From the NCBI RefSeq assembly GCF_006345805.1, contig NC_042997.1:10974001-11038000 (forward strand): 64,000 bases of DNA, given 5' to 3'. The stretch is from Octopus sinensis (taxonomy: Eukaryota). A model generated the notes under the pieces. The model was not told where the DNA came from. It worked only from the letters and a program-made list of their open reading frames with translations, and did no database searches. Below, in pieces: positions 54,901-63,098 of this stretch (its first letter is position 1; every line of letters starts with the position of its first letter). Made by a program: the position numbers and the translations under genes.

Positions 54901-56241
54901 ATATTTATTTCATTAACCCCAGAAGTATAAAAGTAAAAGTTCAGCCAGTTAGATTTGAATTTATTGAATAAATAAATATAACTAAATATGCTATAAGGTC
55001 TCCACTGTAGTTTGGAATGTCTAACTTTCTTAGAGTATAATTAAGAACTCAGGGATTATAAAAGGGGTTGTTTATTTATGTCAATATTTTCTTTAGATTG
55101 TAATTGATGAATAACAGCATTAATGGGTACAAGTTTCCAATATGCAACTGCTTCACTACATTTCTGGCAGCAGGAGTAATAAAGGAGTGTCTGTAACATG
55201 ATGCAGAACAAATACTGTAAAAGCTCTTAATTGAAAATCAATTGTTTTCTTGTTTTTCTTGCTGATGTTTACATCTTCTGCCAATATATATCAATAAAAA
55301 CTATACACAAAGGAGAATGATACAGAAACTAAAAGCCCTTGCAGTTATTAATAGGTTTAAAGCAGTACCAATTGACATGTATGATAATAGAGAGAAAGAT
55401 CTTGATACTAGTAGCATAGATGACAACTGAGACAAAGCCAGAACCAAACCAAGGGAAACGTGGTGGTGGAATGACACAGTTGACTGAGCAGTAAAAAATA
55501 AAAGACAAGCTTAGAAAACCTGGAAGGAAGGTAATAGCAGGAAGCATTATCAAAAGGCTAGAAAAGCAGCTCTAGATGGCTAAGGGTGAGACAGAAAGGA
55601 AGAGATTTGCCCATGTCCTACAATGTGAGAACCAGAGGCATGAGGGGTTCAGGATTGTGAGATAGTTTGTGAGAGAGAACTAAGACATCATTGGTGAGAA
55701 GTGTATTTGGAATAATGAAGGCATACTCACCATAGCTATGGAAGACAAGAAAATGATGTGAAAATGTTATGAGAGGCTGCTGAGTGTGGAGAATGCATGG
55801 GATAAAGATGGTCTACTTCAGCTGCCTACAGGCGGACCAGCAACTCAAGTTGACAGTAGATAAAGTGATTAAGGAACTGAAGAGAAGGAAAGCTGTGGGC
55901 CATTAGAGATAATTACAGAGATGCTCAAAATATCTAGTGAGGTTCAATGCATGAACACCACCTGGGTAGTTAATCAAGTTATACAGAAAGGTGTCATACA
56001 TAATGACTGGAAAAGCAGTATCATTTTAAACTGCTACAAAAGCAAAAAAGATGCTTTAGAGAGAAGTAACTATAGAGATATCAAACAATTCATTTGTGTC
56101 AGTGTAAATCTAGATGAGATGCAGTTTGGCTTTGTACAATCTTCCTAGTGAAGCAACTGCAGGAGGAATACTTGGCTTAGAATAAACCACTATTTTGGGC
56201 TTTTATTGATATTTGGAGAAAGTGTATATACATATATATAT

Positions 56242-56290
<49 letters not shown>

Positions 56291-57695
56291 TACAGTTGTC
56301 ACAAGTATGACAAGGTAGTATGTATAACATATGTAATATGTACAACAGATTTCAAACAGCTTCAACCAATTTCACTTACAAAGTATTGAATGACCTGAGA
56401 CAATGGTACAAAAACAATTGTCCAAGGTGGTGCACAGTGGGATCAGAACCAGAATCACATAGTTACAAAAGGAACTTTTTAACCACACAACCACCACTGT
56501 AATTACAAGAAACAATGCTGCAATACCAAACCACAAATTATTATTATCAAAGTGTGATGATTGTTTTTTAAAAATTTTTTTTTTTAGTTCCATAAAAATC
56601 CTTAATATTGAGTGGTAATAAATTTAGTTTGTTTTTATATTCTTGTTACTTTTGTATCTTGATTGTTACATTATATTTTGTACTTGAATGTGCTTATATT
56701 GGTTACTTTTGTATTATAATAGAACTGTGTGAAGTAATAACAGTGCTGTAGCTGAGGTCTTTTATAGGAACATGTGATTATGAAGTTTCTTAGTTTCCTA
56801 TTGTATTGCAGGAGGAAGATAATATCAGCACTTCAGGTTTTTGTGTTAAGTTTCAGGGATTGTTTAAGTGGATTTTTTTTAGTTTGTTTTGTCTGTATAT
56901 GTGTGGTTTTTGTGCTGGATGGGGGTCATACTCATTTTAGTATTTTTGTAATCTACTTTAAGCAGAATTATGACTCCTGAATTTGTCTCATGTTGATATT
57001 GACCTGCATGTTGGTCTATTTGTTTTCTGTGGTAAGTTTTAATAATTTCACTAGCACTCCATCTGTAAACATGTCATCATTTTTATTTCTGACATAATAT
57101 ATTCAGTGCGTCCTTTATTTTTTAAGATAGTAAACTCTGATTTGGAGAGATTTGGCAACTAATTCTTGTTGGTCAAATAAATAGATGCTTCTTGATATAT
57201 AAATATTTTGCATCAGTTACCAGATTTTTTTAATAGATGGAAAGTAAAAATTTAATTTTAGCTTCATGCTGTTCAAATTACATGTTAATTTCTGATTAGT
57301 TCAAGTAATTTATGTGTACACTATTATTTCACTGGTCTTGATTGTGAGCCAGCAACGTAGGAATTCTATACTTTACCTAAAGTAGGACAGCATCAACAAC
57401 ATAATATGAATCTACTTATCTACTTAAATATTGTTGACTCCATGATTTTTTAACAGAATAAACTTTCTCACATGGAAACAAGACCACAAAAACGCAGGAA
57501 ATGGCTGCATTCAATCAAATCAACTTCATTACATGCCTGGTGAAAGTTTATTGACTGCGAAGAGATAATAATCAAGGGCAATACCTGTCTAATTTGAATT
57601 CAAAATGTGGATGGACAAATCTAAAAATATAAAGGCATTTAACCTAATCAGGGACACAACATAATGTCATAATATGTTATAACATATAACTGAGA

Positions 57696-57744
<49 letters not shown>

Positions 57745-58992
57745 CATGTGTGCGTGTTACAATTAATATCATAGGAGTACAACTACTGACCAAACACAGT
57801 ACAACTACTGACTAAATGGTCATAAATTAAAATCTTAATTCACCCATTGTACTGTACACATAAGCAGAATAGATAACTGAATCCACATCTATTTGCCAGA
57901 CAAATTAAAAAATTAATAGGGTTCCATTCTGATTTTATGGGTGACTGGTTAACTTTAAAAGTATTGTTCCAATAAAAACTCTCTAACAAATATGACATCA
58001 CCTTGTTTTCAGTTGATATTCATAGTTTATGATATATAACAATAAGACTTTCGCAACAAACTGGAGATTGTAATGATTAAGTAATATTTAAGACATGCAG
58101 ATAGTTGGGTGCATGCAAGAATGAAGTTCATTTCTCACACCCATTTGATTCTGGGTCAAACCCATAATCTGGTACCTTGAGTCATTATTTTCTATCATAA
58201 CCTCAGGTTAGTCCAAGCATTTTGTATAAAATTAAGTGACAGAAACTGTACAGAATCCTATTTGATGAACTGTGTCAGCTTTTAGCTGTTAGACCCAGTC
58301 TGTTATCAGGTTTAACACCATCATCTGGCCATTGGCTACTTTTAGCAGAATCCACTCTGTGTTGCAAGGATTTGGACATGGTCACCAGCCTAAAGATGAG
58401 CCATTACTTATGTTTTTTTTCTCTTCCCTTTATCCCTTACCTACCAGCCCAGAGGCCTTGCAAAAAAAATAACAGATGCTGCCCTTCCTCCACTGCCTAT
58501 GTAATGAACAAGAAATATTTGCTTAAATAATCATACATTTGATACTGAAACAATTAAATGCATATAACTGATATGAAGAAACATTTGTGTGTGTGTGTGT
58601 GTGTCTACACATAAAATATCAAATAATTACACTTTATTGTAATGAATGGACAAAGTAAAAGTGGTAAAAAAAAACAATGTTACCCACCCCAACAGGCAAT
58701 GCCATGTTAGTTACTGCAGGGCTTTCGCAGAGGGCCAATGAAAGGAGCAGAATTGAAGCAAAAAGGTCAAGTATATGAAACCAGTAGTTGTGTGCAACTT
58801 GATAGGCTGGTAGGGCATCGTAATTTGAAGGATGGGTATCATATTTATCATTATTTTCACCTTCTTGGAGATAAACAGCTGCTTCTTGATAGTTAAGGCA
58901 CCACTTATATTTTGTCATCAAATGATTGTTTGAATCTGTGATGGAATTGATATGTGACACAAGATCTTCTTCATAGCTACAGCCATCAACAT
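456..58992 (-). CDS. TPCN1: Two-pore channel TPC1-type gene, spliced; 24 exons in window, incomplete at both ends
   Basis: Manually spliced translation matches TPC1 hallmarks: WCLNYQEAAVYLQEGENNDK, HKRT, GVRRFTRQ, SLFVLLTTANYPDVMMP, TLFELTVVNNW, DFSLQMYQDEV. All introns are GT-AG with compatible phases except exon 4309-4420. Confidence 0.95.
579..619. repeat. (TA)n microsatellite
   Basis: Direct reading. Confidence 0.95.
974..1365 (-). mobile_element. tRNA-derived SINE family A, full length
   Basis: Reverse complement of copies at 27072 and 30419; A box TGGCTGTGTG, B box GGTTCAGTCCC, CORE-like CACCTTGGGCAAGTG, internal (TA)/(TG) tract. Confidence 0.9.
2030..2340 (+). mobile_element. Degenerate SINE family B copies (TTCTGAGTTCAAAT...TTTGCCTTTCATCC)
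   Basis: Same motifs recur at 3770-4280, 29525-29740, 30190-30395 and 45565-45780 (+), and at 14890-15095 and 40530-41170 (-). Confidence 0.7.
2344..3752 (+). mobile_element. 5'-truncated RTE-type LINE, young: uninterrupted 3' end of ORF2 with PHD-like finger, 3' UTR and (GAT)n tail
   Basis: ORF 2462..3139 has the RTE-like C-terminus (FRYLG, LHGSETW, RLRWYGHVARM, RGRPRKTW); tail CCATGCTAGCATGGAAAACGGACGCTAAA(TGA)n. Confidence 0.92.
4309..4420 (-). CDS. TPCN1: TPC1 exon 23 (C-tail): DESIQQIDIPLS/EELQMCEQEAMPLTPLYLGDQSNTN, with an apparent 1-nt frameshift or a shorter 4309-4382 form
   Basis: Acceptor ttgcag, donor gtaagt; 112 nt where 113 is needed for phase 1 to 0; the only plausible exon found between 7700 and 533. 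Confidence 0.75.
4577..5815 (-). mobile_element. Older RTE-type LINE copy, same family, inverted relative to 2344-3752
   Basis: ORFs 5187..5555 and 4976..5221 are homologous and frameshifted; RT motif GIHQGSVLSLFLFIIVL near 5640-5690; (CAT)n tail at about 4577. Confidence 0.9.
6486..6810 (+). mobile_element. Short element sharing the RTE LINE 3' UTR and tail, inserted in a (TA)n tract
   Basis: Three GGTGGCACGTAAAA motifs and a (GAT)n tail as in 3490-3752; (TA)n on both sides. Confidence 0.85.
7700..7790 (-). CDS. TPCN1: TPC1 exon 22 (IIS6): VVMNIVVAFVLDAFLFRIQYKRTMNCKDIE
   Basis: Acceptor ttttag, donor gtatga; 91 nt, phase 0 to 1. Confidence 0.94.
8285..8800 (-). mobile_element. Degenerate mariner transposase fragment (N-terminal part)
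   Basis: Minus strand reads EEQCVC..KFCFKLGKTFTETF and NADANFLKCVTTG, with stops and frameshifts. Confidence 0.7.
9387..9455 (-). CDS. TPCN1: TPC1 exon 21: EGYANAVSEWLRLYFMLFYIVSM
   Basis: Acceptor gtgtag, donor gtttgt; 69 nt, phase 0 to 0. Confidence 0.93.
9650..10035 (+). mobile_element. Degenerate RTE LINE 3' fragment
   Basis: Similar to 2820-3130 plus a decayed (GAT)n tail. Confidence 0.6.
10483..10702. mobile_element. piggyBac-type MITE, inverted relative to 12495-12715
   Basis: Ends ccatttagcat...atgctaaaggg followed by TTAA; internal sequence is the reverse complement of the 12495 copy. Confidence 0.8.
11015..11061 (-). CDS. TPCN1: TPC1 exon 20 (filter II): VTLFELTVVNNWFIIM
   Basis: Acceptor ttttag, donor gtgaga; 47 nt, phase 1 to 0. 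Confidence 0.96.
11338..11435 (-). CDS. TPCN1: TPC1 exon 19 (luminal loop with NTS and NST sequons): NTSVEDFYREDNSTSIQGFYYLNNFQNILYSG
   Basis: Acceptor tcaaag, donor gtaaga; 98 nt, phase 2 to 1. Confidence 0.93.
12495..12715. mobile_element. piggyBac-type MITE
   Basis: TTAA target-site duplication on both sides; TIR CCCTTTAGCATT / AATGCTAAAGGG. Confidence 0.88.
12856..13495 (-). mobile_element. Non-autonomous Helitron-like element with an internal ~170-bp duplication
   Basis: Minus strand starts A|TC, ends CTAG|T with a terminal hairpin; 12895-13059 is repeated at 13314-13478. Confidence 0.78.
13552..13641 (-). CDS. TPCN1: TPC1 exon 18 (IIS5): IALTIMMLYYFFGIIGMELIGDVDLTNCC(K)
   Basis: Acceptor cttcag, donor gtaagt; 90 nt, phase 2 to 2. 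Confidence 0.93.
13757..14149 (-). mobile_element. SINE family A, full length
   Basis: Near-identical to 974-1365. Confidence 0.9.
15295..15540 (-). mobile_element. RTE 3' UTR/tail fragment
   Basis: Reverse complement of the tail at 3560-3752. Confidence 0.8.
15645..15716 (-). CDS. TPCN1: TPC1 exon 17 (IIS4-S5 linker): LFKINRRYRDVLGTFFVIFSRLV(S)
   Basis: Acceptor ctgcag, donor gtaatg; 72 nt, phase 2 to 2. Confidence 0.93.
16183..16287 (-). CDS. TPCN1: TPC1 exon 16 (IIS3-IIS4): FDFFVTLVSIIGLLGEIVNHNFYYIMVLRPFRLL(R)
   Basis: Acceptor tttcag, donor gtttgt; 105 nt, phase 2 to 2. Confidence 0.94.
16870..17520 (+). mobile_element. Highly degenerate CR1/Jockey-like LINE RT fragment
   Basis: GIP.G..TLF.LY followed by SYADET (decayed YADD) at about 17370-17470. 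Confidence 0.55.
18417..18489 (-). CDS. TPCN1: TPC1 exon 15 (IIS2): IYVIEACLKILGKGPREYFTTGWD(L)
   Basis: Acceptor ttacag, donor gtaagt; 73 nt, phase 1 to 2. Confidence 0.94.
20321..20386 (-). CDS. TPCN1: TPC1 exon 14 (IIS1-S2 loop, start of IIS2): VQHISVKKYDFTATGVTVFFIY(I)
   Basis: Acceptor taacag after a (TAT)n run, donor gtaagt; 66 nt, phase 1 to 1; low sequence conservation but fills the required gap. Confidence 0.8.
20392..21600 (-). mobile_element. Degenerate Tx1/L1-like LINE 3' end with AATAAA and a (TAT)n tail
   Basis: ORF 21045..21239 (NFQKPLA...LLPT) resembles the C-terminal Cys-domain region; minus strand ends AATAAAGAAAC(TAT)n. Confidence 0.6.
22211..22895 (+). mobile_element. 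Degenerate SINE family A interrupted by (TA)n and a ~200-bp palindrome
   Basis: Head at 22211-22360 and body at 22695-22895 match 27072-27460. Confidence 0.75.
22962..23307 (+). mobile_element. Helentron-associated (DINE-1/HINE-like) non-autonomous element
   Basis: 5' TTATTACCTCCGCCA, (GTTT)n tract, 3' inverted copy TGGCGGAGGT, short GC hairpin. Confidence 0.72.
24030..24086 (-). CDS. TPCN1: TPC1 exon 13 (IIS1): YLTIASNFTWIVIETVQMS
   Basis: Acceptor ttatag, donor gtatgt; 57 nt, phase 1 to 1. Confidence 0.9.
25089..25133 (-). CDS. TPCN1: TPC1 exon 12: VLHRIVTHKCFEYYI(Y)
   Basis: Acceptor ttacag, donor gtaagt; 45 nt, phase 1 to 1. Confidence 0.88.
25236..26913 (+). mobile_element. Chapaev3-like DNA transposon, decayed and internally deleted
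   Basis: CACTGG...CCAGTG termini with TTA duplication; transposase pieces CVNHLDNFCYVCGKF, DLVRDLALSKEKAEVL, EWRLFIDSS, SDEHGERFHQDI...DYCW. Confidence 0.82.
27072..27460 (+). mobile_element. SINE family A, full length, young
   Basis: Intact A and B boxes, CpGs retained, (GTAAAAGA)n tail. Confidence 0.92.
27648..28932 (+). mobile_element. Full-length mariner (DD34D-type) element with pseudogenized transposase
   Basis: TA duplication; ~27-bp TIR TGAGGAGGTACCCAAAAGTAACTGGAA vs TGAAGGGGTACCCAAAAGAAACTGAAA; motifs GDESWCYGYD, HNNAPA, APCDFF; ~1.29 kb. Confidence 0.92.
29903..29966 (-). CDS. TPCN1: TPC1 exon 11: PKNVSTIWSEDFRYPFNLIFR(V)
   Basis: Acceptor tttcag, donor gtaaat; 64 nt, phase 0 to 1. 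Confidence 0.88.
30419..30815 (+). mobile_element. SINE family A, full length
   Basis: Near-identical to 27072-27460. Confidence 0.92.
31640..32070 (+). mobile_element. Degenerate RTE LINE fragment
   Basis: Homologous to 2550-2960 (YLGDQ, RELLPLL, KGRLYDA). Confidence 0.75.
32353..32462 (-). CDS. TPCN1: TPC1 exon 10 (EF-hand-like linker): SRKDVYLTFKSMNVLSTGSLSLTEFFTVYGCSKLKWK
   Basis: Acceptor ttctag, donor gtgcgt; 110 nt, phase 1 to 0. Confidence 0.92.
32700..33280 (-). mobile_element. 5' fragment of an RLE-type (HERO/NeSL-like) non-LTR retrotransposon
   Basis: ORF 32661..33143 has a C-x-C...GLRIHQGKVC zinc finger and IKWPKAND...FDD motif. Confidence 0.62.
33357..33420 (-). CDS. TPCN1: TPC1 exon 9 (EF-hand-like linker): HPATIQLKHFQGMMQYLRPKM(S)
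   Basis: Acceptor tctcag, donor gtatgt; 64 nt, phase 0 to 1. Confidence 0.9.
34621..34737 (-). CDS. TPCN1: TPC1 exon 8 (IS6 extension): LLAVVYDKFSSLEKEKLRKLFFHKRLGCRYAFQLLVSRQ
   Basis: Acceptor ttaaag, donor gtaggt; 117 nt, phase 0 to 0. Confidence 0.93.
34900..36335 (-). mobile_element. Penelope-like element fragment (RT C-terminal half, Cys-rich linker, GIY-YIG endonuclease)
   Basis: WDRRF...YIDDINIV, RLPVLE, HYTKPM, then PCTDRKCIVC...NCK and MYIEET...EH...RQIMES. Confidence 0.82.
36335..36600 (+). mobile_element. Degenerate CR1/Jockey-like LINE 3' end
   Basis: ORF 36349..36645 (YNCFCFSELAPYIP) resembles the C-terminus of such ORF2 proteins. Confidence 0.45.
37399..37498 (-). CDS. TPCN1: TPC1 exon 7 (pore I, IS6): (N)YPDVMMPAYNESRFYVAFFIIYLSLELFFLMNL
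   Basis: Acceptor aactag, donor gtaagt; 100 nt, phase 2 to 0. Confidence 0.95.
37571..37819. mobile_element. Palindromic mariner-derived MITE
   Basis: TA duplication; TTAGGTTGGTGCA termini; ~95-bp inverted arms; centre encodes a transposase C-terminus LPSKWEAVIGVDGAYAPE*. Confidence 0.9.
39505..39890 (+). mobile_element. Degenerate SINE family A
   Basis: Colinear similarity to 27072-27460. Confidence 0.75.
40424..40482 (-). CDS. TPCN1: TPC1 exon 6 (pore helix and filter I): YFSTIQDSFVSLFVLLTTA(N)
   Basis: Acceptor ctttag, donor gtaagt; 59 nt, phase 0 to 2. Confidence 0.95.
40530..41170 (-). mobile_element. Three tandem degenerate SINE family B copies
   Basis: Unit with GATGAAAGGC..AGTTGAC..GATTTGAACTCAG repeated about every 210-240 bp. 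Confidence 0.75.
41979..42605 (+). mobile_element. Helentron-associated (DINE-1/HINE-like) element
   Basis: TTATTACCTCCGCCAAGG...CTTGGTGGAGGT-CTGCGCTCTCCAAGTGC-TTTTCTAGTT; same architecture as 22962-23307. Confidence 0.75.
42941..43342 (+). mobile_element. SINE with family A head and RTE-like (GAT)n tail
   Basis: Head as family A; 3' end ACCCATGCAAATATGGAAAAGTTGATGCTAAAACAATGATGATG. Confidence 0.65.
43831..43865 (-). CDS. TPCN1: TPC1 exon 5: GFYLFSDINNYT
   Basis: Poly-T then gaaag acceptor, donor gtaagt; 35 nt, phase 1 to 0; GFYLFS is conserved in TPC1. Confidence 0.9.
45088..45433 (+). mobile_element. SINE family A
   Basis: Colinear similarity to 27072-27460. Confidence 0.85.
46040..47185 (+). 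mobile_element. RTE LINE 3' fragment with UTR and tail
   Basis: ORF 46184..46411 (RLYDACV...HGSETW) with stops; tail at about 47130-47185. Confidence 0.85.
47457..47545 (-). CDS. TPCN1: TPC1 exon 4 (IS4-S5 linker, IS5): FTRQIFQSLRPIFDMLLLLLFFMLIFSIL(G)
   Basis: Acceptor ttccag, donor gtcagt; 89 nt, phase 2 to 1. Confidence 0.93.
48832..48962 (-). CDS. TPCN1: TPC1 exon 3 (IS3-IS4): MFLLLVMLVEAFVMICRQKNHLRVTRAVRPFFLMDSYYCKGVR(R)
   Basis: Acceptor tttcag, donor gttggc; 131 nt, phase 0 to 2. Confidence 0.93.
51764..52321. mobile_element. hAT (Charlie-like) non-autonomous element
   Basis: TIR CAGGGGTGGGGAA / TTCCCCCACCCCTG with a perfect 8-bp duplication ATATATAC; contains (GT)n(AT)n. Confidence 0.88.
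53151..54109. repeat. Three interleaved inverted-repeat pairs within and next to a minus-strand SINE A (53321-54262)
   Basis: A 53151-53193 / 53718-53760; B 53371-53464 / 53914-54007; C 53811-53911 / 54009-54109. Confidence 0.88.
54492..54605 (-). CDS. TPCN1: TPC1 exon 2 (IS2): VHSSLELFCLLILALILGIRLKWLKFRTFFKHKRTVLK
   Basis: Acceptor tttcag, donor gttagt; 114 nt, phase 0 to 0. Confidence 0.93.
55420..56220 (+). mobile_element. Degenerate RTE LINE fragment (region upstream of and entering the RT domain)
   Basis: ETWWWND, DWKSSIILNCYKSKKDALERSNYRDIK, EMQFGF, AFID. Confidence 0.8.
57702..57744. repeat. (GA)n microsatellite; other simple repeats at 15878, 30160, 54460, 56225 and 63062
   Basis: Direct reading. 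Confidence 0.9.
58688..58992 (-). CDS. TPCN1: TPC1 exon 1 in window (N-terminal region and IS1): DVDGCSYEEDLV...WCLNYQEAAVYLQEGENNDKYDTHP...ALPVG
   Basis: Acceptor tttcag, donor gtgggt; 305 nt, phase 1 to 0; overlaps ORF 58634..58960. Confidence 0.93.
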
Positions 58993-59293
58993 CTGAAATG
59001 GCAGAAAGATAAACAAATTAATTCACACAAATACTTTTCTATAAAATGAAAATCCATCTTGTTTTATTGCAAGGCTATTTCATAACTTTTGTTGACTAAA
59101 TTATTTCCTAAATTATTATTAGTAAAACTTATTTCTAAAACTAATTCTTGCCACTGTATTCTATCAAAGTGTTTCTTTCTCTTTTAATACAAACTAATCA
59201 TCTAGAGAGATTATCCTTAGTGCAAAATCTTTGTTATACACTTTTACTCAATAAATCAAGAAGCATCCAGTATGTAGATTCTAATCTTAGTAT

Positions 59294-59495
59294 CAGCTCT
59301 GTCTGGCACCTGTGCGGGTGGCACGTAAAAAGCACCCACTATACTCACGGAGTGGTTGGCGTTAGGAAGGGCATCCAGCCGTAGAAACACTGCCAGATCT
59401 GACTGGGCCTGATGAAGCCTTCTGGCTTCACAGACCCCAGTTGAACCGTCCAACCCATGCTAGCATGGAAAACGGACGCTAAACGATGATGATGA
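59294..59495 (+). mobile_element. Young ~200-bp RTE 3' end insertion
   Basis: Nearly identical to 3540-3745. Confidence 0.9.
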
Positions 59496-59649
59496 TATAT
59501 ATCATTATCCTCATCATCATCATTATTTAACATCCATCTTCCATGCATACATGGGTAGGATGGTTGACAGGAGCCAGCCAGGTAGAAAACCTACCATATA
59601 TATATATATATAATGCATGTGTGCAATGTGTATATGTAATACCATCACA

Positions 59650-60020
59650 TTCTCTCAGGGAGGTGATGACAAGTGACCGAGACTTTTGGTGATTTGCTGT
59701 GCTTGAGAAGACACATCAAGCTTAGTGTAGTCATAGTTATGACCAGTGCCAATGACACATGAAAGGCACTTGTGCTGGTGACATGTCGAAGATACCTGTG
59801 CCAGTGACAGATGTGAGGTAACCATGCTAGTGACACATAAAAGGCACCTGTGTCAATGACACAGAAAAGACACCAAGTACATTCTATGGAGTGGTTGGCA
59901 TTAGGAAGAGCATCCAGCCAAAACGGAGTGGAGTCTGTTGCAGCTCTCTAGTTTACCTGTTCCAGTTAACTGTCTAACCCATGCCAGCATGGAAAATGGA
60001 CACTAAGTGATCATGATGAT
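59650..60020 (+). mobile_element. Older RTE 3' UTR fragment
   Basis: Similar to 46530-47185. Confidence 0.7.
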
Positions 60021-63000
60021 TTCAACATTAGATCACAAAATCAAATCTATATCAATAAAATAACATTGTGCATATCTGACAGTTTGACCTTGACTTTCAA
60101 AGAATAATTCGAGCTCAGTTCACCCATGACATCTTTTTCAATAGAGAGTGTGCATGTTTGGAGAGGATTCTGAGAAATCGAGTGATTTACTTTGATACTT
60201 CCTTTATAGAATGATACTTCCATTTTATTTTATTGTGCTTACACAGTGTGTAGAGGAGAAATTTGCCTTTTGTAAAACTGCAACATTCATATACCATATA
60301 TGATATTCTGTCAGTACTGAAACTTATTTTTTCTTTATGGATAATACTTTTCTTCTTTCTGGAGAAAATTTCTTTTGTATGAATATTATTTTTTCTGTTT
60401 TAAGGTAACTTTTTGCTTATAGCACTTATGACCCTAGCATATAGAGCAGATAACTCCTACATTATGGATAAAGAAAGAACAATTGGAAAGGAAACAATGA
60501 CAGGAAAGAGACAGAGATAACAACAACAAAAAAAAGGGGAAAAAATAAACAAAGGGGAAAAAGTAGAAATGGGATAAAGGAAGAGAAGGCAATTCAAAAA
60601 TCCCCTCAGTGGACAAACATAATTGAAAAAAATATATATATAATATTGCAATTAAATAGTTAATAAAGCCTCACAATGGATCAAGAATTCCAATGACTTG
60701 TTGATATGAACACATCATTATACCAAGAATTAAAATGAGACCTGTCACTCTGCCATTCACTCTTTCCTAATTATAGAGTTCAAGTGGCTGTTGCATTGAT
60801 AAAAAAAAACAATAAATTTAATTGTCAGTCAATGAGTAAAATATGTCTGTTTCCTTATGACTAATATGGACATAGACGATGATACGTTGCACCATCAAGA
60901 ACAACACAGGCTGCAGCTAGTTTAGTGACAATTTTGACAGAAGGTATTAACATTGTGTACACTAAAGTTTTCCAATGTTAGAACTTTTTTCTGAACTTTT
61001 ATCTCACTTGGATATTTAATTCAGATAAATTTACAAGTAAACGTTTTAGTACTTTCTTTTTTTTTTATCCTACTTTTGTGTTCTATGTTTTGCTGTTTAG
61101 GCAGTTAAAAGAGAAGTGAAAATCTTTAATAAGGAAAGTCCTTGTGCTGACCAGCTGGCTAAAACTTTACTTAAATTTTAAAAGAAAACAGTATTGATAT
61201 AAACGGCTACCATGGGGGAAAGTGATGACAATAACTGCAAACATGAATAACAAGAATAATACCCAATAAGCATAAATTTAAATGTTGAATAAATTTACAG
61301 ATTACATTCTATTCATTAAATTTAGTTGAAAAATGCACTGATGCATATTGTCAAGAAAGATTAATTTTCTTTTGATTGGTACACACTGCTTATATTTCCA
61401 CTTATCAGGGGGTCTCCTTTTCACAGTATTATCTGAGGGTAGTGCTCATTTTCCTATTGTGAGAAGAATGTTATATAACAGGTGATCAGCTAATGCAACT
61501 ATAGGACTTTTTACACAGTTTTTCTGCAATAAGTTTTGGATTGCTTTTTAAATAATATTGATCAGAAAAGAGAGTGTCAAAAATAGGCTCATAGTCAACT
61601 TTTCAGTCATGAAGTTAGAAACAGGAATAATGATCAAATTGTGAGGTCAAGTATTATAATGTTTCCAAAATACTGGGTTCTTAGCAATCTTCTGGCCAAG
61701 ATTTGATCACAGCTCATGCACTGTGTGAGTCACCACATGGATATTTTCAAGTATTGCAGTCTTTTTTTTTTTCAGACACTGAGCAAATAAGCAAGGAACT
61801 GATTGAATGTAAAGATTATCAACAACAATCTTGAAGAAAATACAATGAATTCACATAATGGTTTTTTTTTTTTAGGGGATCCAGTATTTTTATCCACTTG
61901 TTAAATCTCAGATGCTTTATTAGAAGTTTAAAAGCCAAACATTTCCATCCATTATTGATGGATCACTTTCTGTTGTACCAAAATACCAGAAAGCTTATCA
62001 AAAGGTGAATTAGTATACTTGGATCAATTTATCAGTTCAAGTTATTTCTCCCTAAAGAGAATTGTAAAGAGGTCATCAAATCTTGTGAAATTAAATCTGG
62101 ATGTAATAAATCATTGTTTGCACAGTGAACAGCATGAATGGAAATGATGATTTCCAGCAGATTTGAACACAAATATGCAAATCATGGATCTGTAAGATCT
62201 TGAAGAAAGTTTTAGTGAAGGAGCTGTGCAGTTTGCAAAACTGCATAAAATGATATTGCATTAAACACGGTAACGGGCATTTCCTTGGAGTTTTGTTTTA
62301 TAAACATAGTTAATGCCTTATACATCTATTTGTCACCCAACTGCAGTAGATAATATTCGTTTCCAAGCTAAAAAAAATTATTAAAAAAGAACTAAAGAGC
62401 ACCATGACTCTAAACAGATTGAACAATTCCAGTGAAATTAACTTCTGTGTGAAATAGACATTTACAGTACCATCAACACATCTGTTTGTGTTAATTATGC
62501 AACTTTAAATTGTACTTTACTCTGCAAATAAAAGATTTATGTATTTATGTATATTTTTAATTTAGGACTCCTTTGTAATATATGCTATGGTTCTGTGCTA
62601 CATTAATCCATCCCAACACCAAGTAGTTCCATATGATTCTAGCTGCTTCAAAGTAAACATTTTCTGCTTATTCAACACTTGGATGAGTCTCACATCATCC
62701 CATCACATGTCGTTTAACACCCACATAAACAGAGAAAAGCTACTAATCTTCATTGTTGTCAATGTCTTTCTATCAACAACACATTACAGTATCGAAAAGG
62801 TACATTTCATCATGCCCCATGGAACTAGAGAGCTTGTCTGCAACAATCTAAAGAATCCCTTTCATCCTGTATCAGTTTTTATTCAGAATTACTACATCCT
62901 CAGATAGGATGTCTGTGGAGTTCATGTCTGTTCAATTCAGATTTTTTTTTATTTGTACACTTGGGATGAAGAGAAGAATTTTTTCATAATCTTAAAATAA

Positions 63001-63058
63001 CACTTTAATCTTTTTTGTATGTCATAGAATAGTCAGTCCTCTGTTCTCAAGAAGAATA

Positions 63059-63098
<40 letters not shown>

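Noticed and set aside
58920-58992. ATG at the first base of exon 1 as the start codon
   Set aside because: It is out of frame with TPC1 and stops after 24 codons; an upstream exon or the in-frame Met near 58918 is needed
456-58992. U12-type (minor) introns, as found in some voltage-gated channel genes
   Set aside because: No predicted donor has the RTATCCTT consensus; all are ordinary GT-AG
822-62907. Most ORFs in the six-frame track as independent genes
   Set aside because: They are antisense or shifted frames of SINEs, LINEs and microsatellites (repeated peptides such as HYTHGVVGVRKGIQ and MSGFGRRKLKEA), or partial read-throughs of TPC1 exons
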